DNA of 22,297 bases, taken from NCBI GenBank assembly GCA_002433595.1, contig DJIL01000014.1:1-22297 (forward strand). Direction: 5' to 3'. This DNA is from a bacterium UBP8_UBA6595 (lineage in GTDB: Bacteria; Margulisbacteria; Marinamargulisbacteria; UBA6595). Shown here one piece after another: positions 8,296-17,706 of the stretch. The position numbers and the translations under genes were made by a program. Numbering within the stretch: position 1 is the first letter of the stretch; every line of letters begins with the position of its first letter. The notes under the pieces are model-generated. The model worked only from the letters and a program-made list of their open reading frames with translations. It was not told the DNA's origin and searched no databases.

Positions 8296-9807
8296 TTATT
8301 TAGCGGTTGAATACGCCCGAGTTTCTCGAATTAACGATACAGTCACTTCTCCGGGATAGTCGACTTCTGATTCAATGCGTTTAGCAATGTCTCGCGCTAA
8401 CTTGTACATTCGGTTATCGCGAATTTCAGATGGCTCAACCAATACCCGCACTTCACGGCCAGCCTGAATGGCAAATACTTTTTTAACCCCATCAAATGTT
8501 TTGGCAATGGCCTCTAGTTTAGTCAACCGTTCAATGTATTTTTCGATTGATTCTCGGCGAGCCCCGGGTCGAGCGGATGAAATAGCATCCGCCATCATAA
8601 CAATTACGGCTTCAATAGTGGCTGGCGATTCGTCTTCATGATGGGCGTTAATACAGTTAATCACAACCTCGCTTTCACCATACTTTCGGCACACAGAATC
8701 CCCAATATCCACATGGGATCCTTCCGTTTCAAAATCCAACGCCTTGCCAATATCATGGAGCAAGGTTCCGCGCTTAGCTAAATCAACATCCAAACCCAGC
8801 TCAGCAGCCAAGATCCCAGCAATATGCGCCGCTTCCATTGAATGTTTTAAAATATTTTGACCGTAGCTAGTCCGATAGTTTAGCCGACCAATGAGTTCAA
8901 TTAGTTTGGGGTGGAATTTTAGCTGAAGTGTTTCAGCCGCTTCTTGCCCAAGCGCAATCATAGTTTTTTGCAAGTTGGCTTCCGAGTTTTTAACCGACTC
9001 TTCAATCCGGGCGGGATTGATTCGACCATCACCAACCAGCTCGGTTAATGCAATGCGTCCAATTTCACGTCGAATTGGGTTAAAGCAGGATAGCGTAACG
9101 GTGTCGGGGGAGTCATCAATAATAATGTCACAACCGGTTGCTGTTTCAAACGCGCGAATATTTCGCCCTTCTTTACCAATAATGCGTCCTTTTAATTCTT
9201 CGCTAGGGAGTTGAACGGCGGTTGTGGTCACCGCGGCTACTATGTTAACAGCGGTTCTCTGAATAGCATTGACCACCAATTCACGGGCTTGTTCTTTGGC
9301 GTTTTCTTTGGCTTTGGCAACGGATTGTTTGATCAGGGTCCCAATATCGTTTTCAGCGGCTTCTTCGGCTTGCTTGATCACAATAGCCCGGGCTTCTTCC
9401 TGTGTAAAATTTGCAATGTTTTCCAATTGATCAGCCAATGATTCATGCCGAGCTTCCCAGCTTTGTTTGAGTGTGTTTATTTGTGCTTTTTCGTCACTCA
9501 AGCGCGTTTCTTTACGCGATAGCTGAGCCTCAACTTCTTCGACTCGACCCAAGCGTTTTTCAATGGCACTCGCCTCTTCAGATAAACCTTTTCGACGGTC
9601 CATTTCTTCCTGATTGATTCGCTTGCGGGCATCGGACTCTATTTTTTGTACTTTTCGATTGGTGTCGGCAAGCAGCTGACTCACTGTTTGGTCTGTTTTT
9701 TTTCTTGTTTCTTCAACTAAAGATTGGTTTTTTTTGTATTTCGCCCATAACAAATAATACCCAATCAAAAGCCCCAAACTAAAGAGAACAAGTAGCCCCT
9801 TATCCAT
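8296..9807 (-). CDS. rny: Ribonuclease Y (N-terminal TM helix, coiled coil, KH and HD domains)
   Basis: KH motif [17 protein letters not shown] motif LLHDIGK and a C-terminal [10 protein letters not shown]...[16 protein letters not shown] prefer the ATG at 9807 over the TTG at 9837, because the N-terminus then begins with the TM helix, 2 nt after the recA stop. Confidence 0.9.
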   Translation of the reverse strand: MDKGLLVLFSLGLLIGYYLLWAKYKKNQSLVEETRKKTDQTVSQLLADTNRKVQKIESDARKRINQEEMDRRKGLSEEASAIEKRLGRVEEVEAQLSRKETRLSDEKAQINTLKQSWEARHESLADQLENIANFTQEEARAIVIKQAEEAAENDIGTLIKQSVAKAKENAKEQARELVVNAIQRTAVNIVAAVTTTAVQLPSEELKGRIIGKEGRNIRAFETATGCDIIIDDSPDTVTLSCFNPIRREIGRIALTELVGDGRINPARIEESVKNSEANLQKTMIALGQEAAETLQLKFHPKLIELIGRLNYRTSYGQNILKHSMEAAHIAGILAAELGLDVDLAKRGTLLHDIGKALDFETEGSHVDIGDSVCRKYGESEVVINCINAHHEDESPATIEAVIVMMADAISSARPGARRESIEKYIERLTKLEAIAKTFDGVKKVFAIQAGREVRVLVEPSEIRDNRMYKLARDIAKRIESEVDYPGEVTVSLIRETRAYSTAK

Positions 9808-10813
9808 TAGATTTTTCCGCTTCTTTTGCGAGTCCAAACCGATCCATGAGTTGCTCTCGGAGTGTTGCCATAAGGGCTGGGTTTTCTTTTAAATACGTTT
9901 TTGCTGATTCTCGTCCTTGGCCCATGCGTTGATCGCCAATTGAAAACCAGGTACCGCTTTTTTCAATTAAATCAAATTTAACAGCGAGGTCTAGGGTGTC
10001 CCCGGTCGCTGAAATTCCTTCACCAAACATAATGTCAAATTCAGTTAGTTTAAATGGCGGTGCAAGTTTGTTTTTAACAATTTTGACACGCACTTTAATA
10101 CCAATCATATCAGTGCCGGACTTGAGGGTTTCAATTCGACGCACATCTATACGCAAAGAAGAGAAAAATTTGAGGGCACGTCCCCCGGGAGTAACCTCAG
10201 GGTTTCCAAACATTACACCAATTTTTTCTCGAATTTGGTTGACAAAAATTATTCCGGATTGTGATTTGTTTACAATTCCGGTGAGCTTGCGCAAGGCTTG
10301 CGACATTAGGCGCGCTTGAACGCCCATGACAGAGTCGCCCATTTCGCCTTCAATTTCGGATTTTGGCGTTAAGGCGGCAACGGAATCAACGACCACCAAG
10401 TCCACAGCACCCGATCGGATTAACGCTTCAGCAATTTCTAATGCCTGTTCGCCATAATCAGGCTGAGACAGTAGCAAGCTTTCAACCTGAACCCCAATTT
10501 TTTTAGCATACTTGGCATCAAAGGCATGCTCAGCGTCAATAAAGGCACACACACCACCTTGTTTTTGAGACTCAGCAATTGCATGAATAGCCAATGTCGT
10601 TTTTCCCGATGATTCTGGTCCAAAAAGCTCAACAATTCGCCCTCTTGGGTATCCGCCAATGCCCAATGCCACATCCAAGGACAAGGCACCCGTTGGCACT
10701 ACGCTGAGCGCACGGTCCGGGGCATCGCCCAGTCGCATAATAGACCCTTTTCCATGCGATTTTTCAATTTGGGCAATCGCAAATCCCAATGCTTTTTGTT
10801 TTTGTTCATCCAT
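9800..10813 (-). CDS. recA: Recombinase RecA
   Basis: [19 protein letters not shown], Walker [10 protein letters not shown], and the L2-loop region. There is an AAGGA SD about 11 nt upstream of the ATG. Confidence 0.95.
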   Translation of the reverse strand: MDEQKQKALGFAIAQIEKSHGKGSIMRLGDAPDRALSVVPTGALSLDVALGIGGYPRGRIVELFGPESSGKTTLAIHAIAESQKQGGVCAFIDAEHAFDAKYAKKIGVQVESLLLSQPDYGEQALEIAEALIRSGAVDLVVVDSVAALTPKSEIEGEMGDSVMGVQARLMSQALRKLTGIVNKSQSGIIFVNQIREKIGVMFGNPEVTPGGRALKFFSSLRIDVRRIETLKSGTDMIGIKVRVKIVKNKLAPPFKLTEFDIMFGEGISATGDTLDLAVKFDLIEKSGTWFSIGDQRMGQGRESAKTYLKENPALMATLREQLMDRFGLAKEAEKSNG

Positions 10814-10885
10814 ACTAAATGTAGTCCTTGTTTATAATTACGAGTCAAAATGACGATACTGTTACTGTGTGATAGCGATAGCCCT

Positions 10886-11392
10886 TCAGTGGCTATTGCG
10901 CACACGCCGCATACAATAGTGTACCAGGGTTGCGCTGCCGATGACAGTCTCAAGTGACGGAGAATCGGGGCGGTCGGGCATTGGGACCGGCATGGATTCT
11001 GTGTGATTGGCATAGCTAACGCCAATATAGAAGCATCGGTTAGTAGTGTTGTAGTCGCTGAGTGCTAGCCCCAAGGATGTGGCATACACATGCCGGAGCT
11101 GCTTCGCTAAATACTGAGTGAACGGTTCACTGGAGGTTCCGTGCTCGCGAATAATTTGAGGTGACAGGCCCAAGGGGCGAATCAGCACGCTGGGGTGATG
11201 AATGGTCGTTGTGGCAGCCATGTGACGGGGTAAGTGGTGAGACATCCAGTAGCTAAATAAGCCATGGGCACCGATATCGGCAAGGCTAACCGTGAGCCCT
11301 ACAAAGTCTGCGGCGAGCTGATCCACAAGTGTTTCCGTTTGCTTAGCTTGAATTTCTGTTAAAATTGATTCAAATGCGTGCAAATTACGCAA
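10886..11392 (-). CDS. CinA C-terminal domain/PncC-like protein (divergent)
   Basis: Colinear with the CinA C-domain/PncC, including GLxxxWxS and REHGTSSEP (compare the conserved AQHGAVSEP region). The conserved ESCTGG block is replaced by LADIGAHG. It has a TTG start, lies 6 nt after the metK stop, and sits immediately upstream of recA as pncC does in E. coli. Confidence 0.55.
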   Translation of the reverse strand: MRNLHAFESILTEIQAKQTETLVDQLAADFVGLTVSLADIGAHGLFSYWMSHHLPRHMAATTTIHHPSVLIRPLGLSPQIIREHGTSSEPFTQYLAKQLRHVYATSLGLALSDYNTTNRCFYIGVSYANHTESMPVPMPDRPDSPSLETVIGSATLVHYCMRRVRNSH

Positions 11393-11398
11393 TCCCGC

Positions 11399-12553
11399 TT
11401 ACCGTGAGTAAGCCGGGGCTAGCTTCTGTTGAATTTCAGCCACTTTGTTGGTTTGTTCCCATGTGAATTCATCACGGCCAAAGTGCCCATAGACGGCCGT
11501 ATTTGAAAATATGGGCGAGCACAACGATAACGTGCGAATAATACCCGCGGGCGTTAAGTCAAACGTATCTCGAATTAGGGCAACCAAAGCATCGGTGTCA
11601 TGCTGGCTGTCGCTGGTGACGTGAATAGACACTGGATCGGCAATTCCAATCGCATAAGCCAATTGAATTTCCATGTGGGTCGCTAGTCCGGCAGCCACTA
11701 GGTTTTTCGCAATATAGCGCGCCATGTACGCAACACTTCGGTCAACTTTAGAGGCGTCTTTTCCAGAAAAAGCACCGCCGCCGTGGCGGGCCCAGCCACC
11801 ATAAGTGTCCACGATGATTTTTCGGCCAGTTAGCCCAGCGTCCCCTTTAGGCCCCCCAATAACAAATCGGCCACTGGGATTGATTAAAAAGCGAGTCGTG
11901 TCGTCCACTAGTTTTTTAGGTAGAACAGTGGGGAAAATATGGGTATGCAAGGCGTTTGTCAATGTATCTGTGTCAACCGCTTCAGTATGCTGGGTAGAGA
12001 TAACCACAGTATGGATTCGAACTGGCGTGTTGCCAGAGTATTCAACGGTTACTTGTGATTTAGCGTCAGGAAGCAAGTAATCCACCGCACCGGAATGCCG
12101 AAGTTTGGCCAGCGCATGAACCAATTTATGCGATAGCATAATAGGCAATGGCATTAGCTCGGGGGTTTGGCTGCAGGCATACCCGAACATCAACCCTTGG
12201 TCGCCGGCACCCAACTGATGGGGGTCTTCGTGGGTAATACCGTGATGAATGTCGGCGGATTGCTGGTTAATGACGGACTGAATGGTACACTGATTGGCAT
12301 CAATGCCAATCGCGCGATTGGTGTAGCCAATTTGGGCTAATTTAGCACGAACAATTTGCTCGATATCAAGCGTTGCGGTTGTTGTGATCTCGCCGCCCAC
12401 CAGGACAAGGTCATTGGATATAAAACATTCAGCAGCGACTCGGCTGGCGGGGTCTTGGGCTAAACAGGCATCCAAAATACTATCGGACAACTGGTCACAA
12501 ATTTTATCGGGGTGACCTTCGGATACGGACTCGGATGTAAATAAGTAATGCAT
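11399..12553 (-). CDS. metK: S-adenosylmethionine synthetase
   Basis: GHPDKICDQ and the GGGAFSGKD P-loop-like motif. A strong AAGGAG SD precedes the ATG. Confidence 0.95.
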   Translation of the reverse strand: MHYLFTSESVSEGHPDKICDQLSDSILDACLAQDPASRVAAECFISNDLVLVGGEITTTATLDIEQIVRAKLAQIGYTNRAIGIDANQCTIQSVINQQSADIHHGITHEDPHQLGAGDQGLMFGYACSQTPELMPLPIMLSHKLVHALAKLRHSGAVDYLLPDAKSQVTVEYSGNTPVRIHTVVISTQHTEAVDTDTLTNALHTHIFPTVLPKKLVDDTTRFLINPSGRFVIGGPKGDAGLTGRKIIVDTYGGWARHGGGAFSGKDASKVDRSVAYMARYIAKNLVAAGLATHMEIQLAYAIGIADPVSIHVTSDSQHDTDALVALIRDTFDLTPAGIIRTLSLCSPIFSNTAVYGHFGRDEFTWEQTNKVAEIQQKLAPAYSR

Positions 12554-12819
12554 AAGCGACTGCTCTCCTTTTTAATTGTTTAAACACGAACTATTTATTT
12601 TAAATCTAATTTTAATTATATCAGATATACTGAAATGATCAAAAAATTAACCGGTTTATGCCTTTGAATCAACTGTCAGGGATAGGCAGGCTATAGTACC
12701 GGCCATAGTCGTAGAGCCCCCCAAACTGCCAGTCAACAAAATGGTGGATATGTCGCTTTGGTTGAAGGGGGGTTAAACGGGGTGACAGCAGGTGGGATTT
12801 CCGATATGATTAGTAGCCT

Positions 12820-14439
12820 ATGATAGTTGTTGATAATTTAGGGGTTTCATTTAGTGGGAACGTGCTATTTGAGGATGTGAACTTAAAGTTTGTTCCGGGT
12901 GAATGCTATGGCCTAATTGGCGCCAATGGCGCTGGAAAATCAACATTTTTAAAAGTGATGGCGAAGGAGCTTGAGTCTACATCTGGGGCAATTAATATCC
13001 CCGATGGGTGCCGAGTGTCAATGTTGCGGCAAGATCATTTTGCTTACGAATCACAGACTGTTTTGGATACTGTATTAATGGGGCACCAGGCATTATACAC
13101 CGTTTATGAGGAGCGAATGCGTTTGTATGACAAAACAGAGCTAACCGATGCGGAGGGCGAGCGTATTGGTGAATTGGAGTCTCAATTTGGTGAGATGGAT
13201 GGGTATGTAGCTGAATCCGATGCCGCAACCATGTTGGCAGACTTGGGTATTTATACCGATAAGCATGATAAACCGATGGCGCAACTAGACGGATCTGAGA
13301 AAGTACGTGTTTTGTTGGCACAAGCCTTGTTTGGAGAGCCCGATGTATTGCTGCTCGATGAGCCGACCAATCAGTTGGATTATCTGTCTGTTTTATGGCT
13401 TGAAAAGTTTATTATGGACTTTAAAAACACGGTTATTGTGGTGTCTCATGATCGCCATTTTCTTAATAAAGTATGTACCTATATTGCCGATGTTGATTTT
13501 GGACAGATTAAATTGTATCCAGGAAATTATGATTTTTGGAAGCAGTCCAGTGAGCTTATTCAGCATCAGCAGCAAGATAAAAAGCAAAAAGATGAGAAGA
13601 AAATAAAAGAGCTTGAAGCCTTTGTTCGACGATTTAGCGCTAACGCATCCAAATCCAAGCAGGCAACGTCGAGAAAAAAAATGATTGAAAAATTACGCCC
13701 AGATGAGATGCCTACGTCTCGCCGACGGTCCCCATTTATTCACTTTAAGCCGTTCCGGTCGTGCGGCAGCCGGGTGTTAACGGTTAAACACTTAACGGCA
13801 TCTGTAGGGGGCGATGTGGTGCTGAAAGACGTGTCGTTTACCTTAGAAAAAGATGACAAGTTGGCCATCGTTGGGCAAAACGGTGTTTCTAAAACAGCCT
13901 TGCTGGATGTTTTGGCTGGCGAGATAGTCCCCGATGCGGGCTCAATTGAATGGGGAGATACCATTCGAACGTCCTATTTTCCCAAAGACAATACCGCCTA
14001 TTTTAAAGACAAGGCGTCAATAATGGATTGGTTATCTAGCTACCAAGATTCGGTGGATAATGAAGCGTTGCGTGGGTTCTTGGGTCGAATGTTATTTTCA
14101 GGCGATGATGCAAAGAAAAACGTTCAGGTTCTATCGGGGGGAGAAAAAGCGCGAGCCATGTTTTCTCGCATGATGATGGCAGATGGCAATGTGTTGGTGT
14201 TTGATGAACCAACCAACCACTTGGATTTAGAGGCGATATCCGCAATTAACATGGCCTTAGAGACGTTTGAAGGGGGGTTGATACTAACATCGCATGACTT
14301 TCAGTTATTAAATACGGTTCCCAATCGCATTTTAGAAGTGTCTCCGTATGGCATGATTGAGCGCCGAACAGATTTTGATAGTTATATGCAAGACGAGCGA
14401 GTCGCAAAAATTAGAGATTCTTGGGCTGTTTCAGCCTAG
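12820..14439 (+). CDS. ABC-F family ATPase (tandem ABC domains, no TMD; translation-factor-type)
   Basis: Two Walker A motifs (GANGAGKST, GQNGVSKT), two Walker B motifs (LLLDEPTNQLD, LVFDEPTNHLD), and a basic inter-domain linker. The second signature is canonical (LSGGEKAR); the first reads LDGSEK. Confidence 0.85.
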   Translation: MIVVDNLGVSFSGNVLFEDVNLKFVPGECYGLIGANGAGKSTFLKVMAKELESTSGAINIPDGCRVSMLRQDHFAYESQTVLDTVLMGHQALYTVYEERMRLYDKTELTDAEGERIGELESQFGEMDGYVAESDAATMLADLGIYTDKHDKPMAQLDGSEKVRVLLAQALFGEPDVLLLDEPTNQLDYLSVLWLEKFIMDFKNTVIVVSHDRHFLNKVCTYIADVDFGQIKLYPGNYDFWKQSSELIQHQQQDKKQKDEKKIKELEAFVRRFSANASKSKQATSRKKMIEKLRPDEMPTSRRRSPFIHFKPFRSCGSRVLTVKHLTASVGGDVVLKDVSFTLEKDDKLAIVGQNGVSKTALLDVLAGEIVPDAGSIEWGDTIRTSYFPKDNTAYFKDKASIMDWLSSYQDSVDNEALRGFLGRMLFSGDDAKKNVQVLSGGEKARAMFSRMMMADGNVLVFDEPTNHLDLEAISAINMALETFEGGLILTSHDFQLLNTVPNRILEVSPYGMIERRTDFDSYMQDERVAKIRDSWAVSA

Positions 14440-14447
14440 CAATTCGA

Positions 14448-14477
14448 TTGCGCACTGGCCGTGGGTTATGCTATAAC
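14448..14477 (+). promoter_or_regulatory. Candidate sigma70 promoter TTGCGC-N18-TATAAC upstream of the SPFH gene.
   Basis: -35 at 14448..14453 and -10 at 14472..14477. A strong SD AAGGAG at 14513..14518 precedes the ATG at 14529. Confidence 0.3.
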
Positions 14478-14528
14478 TAAATGCATTAATGCGAGGGATT
14501 AACTTACAATAAAAGGAGATGTCCAATT

Positions 14529-15416
14529 ATGACAAATACGATTAACCTATCATCATTTAAATTTCCCAATTATACACGGTACCTGATTGCGGTTGCGCTT
14601 GTGTTTTTATTTGCCCCCTCGGCGTTTGTGATCATTGATGCAGGTACGGTGGGCGTTGTTAAGCGTTTGGGTGCGGTTAAAATGATACCGCTGCAAGAAG
14701 GTCTGCACTTTAAAGTGCCATTTGTTGAAACAGTTGTTCCCGTAAATATTCGATTGAATGGGGCCAATTCAGAAGCCTTATCGTCATCCAAAGACTTGCA
14801 AACTGTTCGGACGGTTGTGTCTGTTCAATATTCAATCAATGGGGACATGGCCCCCATGACATTTCAAAAGATTGGGCTTAACCCTAAAATACAAGCCACA
14901 GTTATTGGCCCTTCAATTGGGGAGTCTGTAAAGGCAGTAACCGCAAAATATACAGCGGAAGAGTTAATTACAAAGCGTGAAACAGTTAAAGAGCAAATCC
15001 AAATGGCGATTCAAACATTTATTGATAAAACATTGAATGAAAAAGCGATTGCGAATGGCATTTCTATAGCCAACGTCGCGATTACAGATTTTCAATTTTC
15101 AGAGGAGTTTAATCGGGCTATTGAGTTAAAAGTAAAAGCGGAGCAAGAGGCATTGCAAGCCAAGAATGAAAAAATTCGACGGGTAACTCAGGCAGAGGCC
15201 GCAGCGGCAGAGCGTCAGTTGGGTGCCGATGCTGAAGCCTATTCCGTAACGGTTCAGTCTAAAGCCCGTGCCGATGCTATTCAGCGCGAGGCGCGTGCTT
15301 TACGCGGGAATCCTAATTTAGTTGAGTTGCGGCGCGTTGAAAAGTGGAACGGTGAATTGCCAAGATTTACGGGCGGCGCCACCCCTTTAATGGATGTTAG
15401 TAAAATTCTTAAATAG
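14529..15416 (+). CDS. SPFH/band-7 (prohibitin/HflC-like) membrane protein
   Basis: N-terminal TM helix followed by the SPFH core (GTVGVVKRLG...). The C-terminal half is a coiled coil rich in A/E/R/Q. Confidence 0.8.
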   Translation: MTNTINLSSFKFPNYTRYLIAVALVFLFAPSAFVIIDAGTVGVVKRLGAVKMIPLQEGLHFKVPFVETVVPVNIRLNGANSEALSSSKDLQTVRTVVSVQYSINGDMAPMTFQKIGLNPKIQATVIGPSIGESVKAVTAKYTAEELITKRETVKEQIQMAIQTFIDKTLNEKAIANGISIANVAITDFQFSEEFNRAIELKVKAEQEALQAKNEKIRRVTQAEAAAAERQLGADAEAYSVTVQSKARADAIQREARALRGNPNLVELRRVEKWNGELPRFTGGATPLMDVSKILK

Positions 15417-15419
15417 ACG

Positions 15420-16499
15420 ATGAATCGGTGGCCGGGCGTTGTTGAGTATTATAAGCAGTACCTCCCGGTTACGGATCAAACGCCCATTGTATCGTTAAAT
15501 GAAGGGGCTACCCCGTTAATTCAGCTGAAGCGGTTGCCGAGTAAATTTGGGGTCCATGCCGATTGGTATGTGAAATTTGAAGGGCTTAATCCAACCGGGT
15601 CTTTCAAAGATCGGGGTATGTGTATGGCTATGAGTAAAGCCGCTGAGGCGGGTTCTAAAATCGTTATGTGTGCCTCAACGGGCAATACATCAGCAGCGGC
15701 GGCGGCATACGCTGTGCGCGCGGGCATGCGGTGTGTGGTGGTGATTCCGGAAGGGAAAATTGCTCTGGGTAAGTTATCGCAAGCCATGATTAAGGATGCA
15801 CTGGTATTGCAAATTCGAGGAAACTTTGATGATGCTTTGCGCATAGTGCGTGATGTGTGTGAGACGCACCCGATAGCGTTGGTTAATTCGGTTAATCCAT
15901 ACCGAATTGAAGGCCAAAAAACAGGCGCTTTTGAAATTGTTGATCAGTTGGGTGGGCGCGCACCCGATTACCACTTTATTCCCGTTGGCAATGCCGGAAA
16001 TATATCGGCATACTGGAAGGGCTACACAGAGTACTATGAGCACAAAAAAATTACGCAATTGCCCAAAATGATGGGGTATCAAGCTGAGGGCGCGGCTCCG
16101 TTGGTGCTGGGTCATGTGGTGAATACGCCAGAAACAGTGGCTACAGCCATTCGCATTGGCAACCCGGCTAGCTGGCATTTAGCGGAAGCGGCTCGGGACG
16201 AGTCCAAGGGTGTTATTGAATCAGTCACGGATGATGAAATTACCCAAGCCCAGAAATTATTGGCTGCTGAAGAAGGTGTTTTTTGCGAGCCGGCCTCGGC
16301 TGCGTCTGTTGCGGGCGTCATTAAGTCTGTTCAGCATCTGGGGCGGTCGTTTGAGTCTGGGCAAGTTGTGGTGTCGGTGTTAACCGGGCATGGGTTAAAA
16401 GATCCCAACCGAGCCATTGATATTGTGCAACAAGAGCCGGTAGTGGTGAGCAACAATCATGAAGCCGTTGTTTCAGCGCTAAAGCCATTGGGGTTATAG
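15420..16499 (+). CDS. thrC: Threonine synthase (short-type, PLP fold II)
   Basis: The PLP-lysine motif [11 protein letters not shown] is diagnostic of ThrC. The ATG is 3 nt after the upstream stop. Confidence 0.85.
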   Translation: MNRWPGVVEYYKQYLPVTDQTPIVSLNEGATPLIQLKRLPSKFGVHADWYVKFEGLNPTGSFKDRGMCMAMSKAAEAGSKIVMCASTGNTSAAAAAYAVRAGMRCVVVIPEGKIALGKLSQAMIKDALVLQIRGNFDDALRIVRDVCETHPIALVNSVNPYRIEGQKTGAFEIVDQLGGRAPDYHFIPVGNAGNISAYWKGYTEYYEHKKITQLPKMMGYQAEGAAPLVLGHVVNTPETVATAIRIGNPASWHLAEAARDESKGVIESVTDDEITQAQKLLAAEEGVFCEPASAASVAGVIKSVQHLGRSFESGQVVVSVLTGHGLKDPNRAIDIVQQEPVVVSNNHEAVVSALKPLGL

Positions 16500-16501
16500 G
16501 G

Positions 16502-17644
16502 ATGAAGTACATCGTCTGTCTAGGTGACGGTATGTCTGACTGGCCCATTGAGGGTTTAGGGAACCAAACACCCTTAGCGTATGCTAAAACACCCAACATG
16601 GATGCGTTGGCAGCCCAAGGTCGTGTGGGGGTAGTGGATACGGTTGAGGCCCCATTTTACCCAGGCTCGGATGTGGCGAATATGGGTATTTTAGGGTACG
16701 ATCCTGCGGAATCTTACACAGGTCGTGCGGCAATTGAATCCGCAGCTATGGGTGTTGATATTCCCAACGGCTACAGTGCATTTCGATGCAATTTAGTCAC
16801 AATAAGCAATGAGACAATGGTTAGCTTTACAGCGCATCATATTGAAACGGCTGCGGCTGCGCGGGTTTTGGATGCCTTAAACCAACACTTTGATGGCCGG
16901 GTGCAGTTTTATGTGGGGGCCAGTTATCGGCATATTGCGGTAATGCCGGGTGCCTATCCCGATATTGTTTGCACACCTCCGCATGATTTAACAGACAAAC
17001 CGGTGGTGGGTCCATCTGAGGGGGGGGCAGCTGTTATCCAAGCCCTAATGACTGAGGCTCAAGCGGTTGTTCAGTCAGTGGGTACAGGGGCAACAGATAT
17101 TTGGCTGTGGAGTCCGGGCACGGCGGTCAATCTGCCGACGTTTCACGTGAAACATGGCTTGACCGGGGGTGTGGTATCCGCCGTGGACGTTGTGAAAGGG
17201 TTGGGCTGTTTAATGGGTATGCACGTGCCAGATGTGCCGGGGGCAACGGGGTTTTTAGATACAAATTATGCAGGAAAATGGGCCGCTGCAACGGCTATCT
17301 TAGAAACCAGTGATTTTGTTTATGTGCATGTGGAGGCCCCGGATGAATGCGGGCATTTGGGCGATGTTGACAAAAAGGTACAAGCGATTGAAGACTTTGA
17401 TGCACATATCATAGGGCCTGCTCGGGCGTATTTAAAGGCCAATCCGGATACAAGGATCATGGTGCTTCCAGATCACGCAACCCCGTGTGCGATTAAGACC
17501 CATTCGCGAGAAGCCGTTCCGGTGGTGCTGGCCGGTCTGGGTATTGCATCCAATGGGGCAACGAAGTATTCGGAGGCTGTGGCGGTTCAAACGGATTGGC
17601 ATGAAACGACGCCCTGGGCATTGTTTAAACAGCTGATTTGTTAA
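16502..17644 (+). CDS. ApgM-family (cofactor-independent phosphoglycerate mutase-like, alkaline-phosphatase superfamily) protein; proposed non-orthologous homoserine kinase
   Basis: The N-terminus CLGDGMSDWP...TPNMD and overall colinearity match the archaeal-type iPGM/'proposed homoserine kinase' family, which commonly sits next to thrC. Here it starts 2 nt after the thrC stop. Confidence 0.65.
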   Translation: MKYIVCLGDGMSDWPIEGLGNQTPLAYAKTPNMDALAAQGRVGVVDTVEAPFYPGSDVANMGILGYDPAESYTGRAAIESAAMGVDIPNGYSAFRCNLVTISNETMVSFTAHHIETAAAARVLDALNQHFDGRVQFYVGASYRHIAVMPGAYPDIVCTPPHDLTDKPVVGPSEGGAAVIQALMTEAQAVVQSVGTGATDIWLWSPGTAVNLPTFHVKHGLTGGVVSAVDVVKGLGCLMGMHVPDVPGATGFLDTNYAGKWAAATAILETSDFVYVHVEAPDECGHLGDVDKKVQAIEDFDAHIIGPARAYLKANPDTRIMVLPDHATPCAIKTHSREAVPVVLAGLGIASNGATKYSEAVAVQTDWHETTPWALFKQLIC

Positions 17645-17674
17645 TTGTGAGTTTTATAGCCTATTTGGTATACT
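17645..17674 (+). promoter_or_regulatory. Candidate sigma70 promoter TTGTGA-N18-TATACT at the head of the phosphonate cassette.
   Basis: -35 at 17645..17650 and -10 at 17669..17674. This 62-bp gap is the only intergenic space between thrC/apgM and licD. Confidence 0.35.
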
Positions 17675-17706
17675 AAGTATATGAAAAAAACTGATAAAGC
17701 GTATAC

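Noticed and set aside
9808-9837. Longer rny start (TTG at 9837) overlapping recA by 38 nt.
   Set aside because: The ATG at 9807 begins exactly at the N-terminal TM helix expected for RNase Y and sits 2 nt after the recA stop.
10699-11025. 108-aa ORF spanning the pncC-like/recA gap.
   Set aside because: It overlaps both the recA 5' end and the pncC-like 3' end in a different frame, with no support.
12554-12819. Looked for a SAM-I (S-box) riboswitch in the metK leader.
   Set aside because: No GGnGGAGGGA / GCAACC / kink-turn core elements are visible in the reverse complement. This is left as an unresolved possibility for other SAM classes only.
15521-16178. 107-aa and 134-aa antisense ORFs inside thrC (similar antisense ORFs also lie inside ppm at 18671..19313, bioH at 3272..3607 and recA at 10438..10689).
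   Set aside because: All lie antisense within strongly supported genes and have biased, low-complexity translations.
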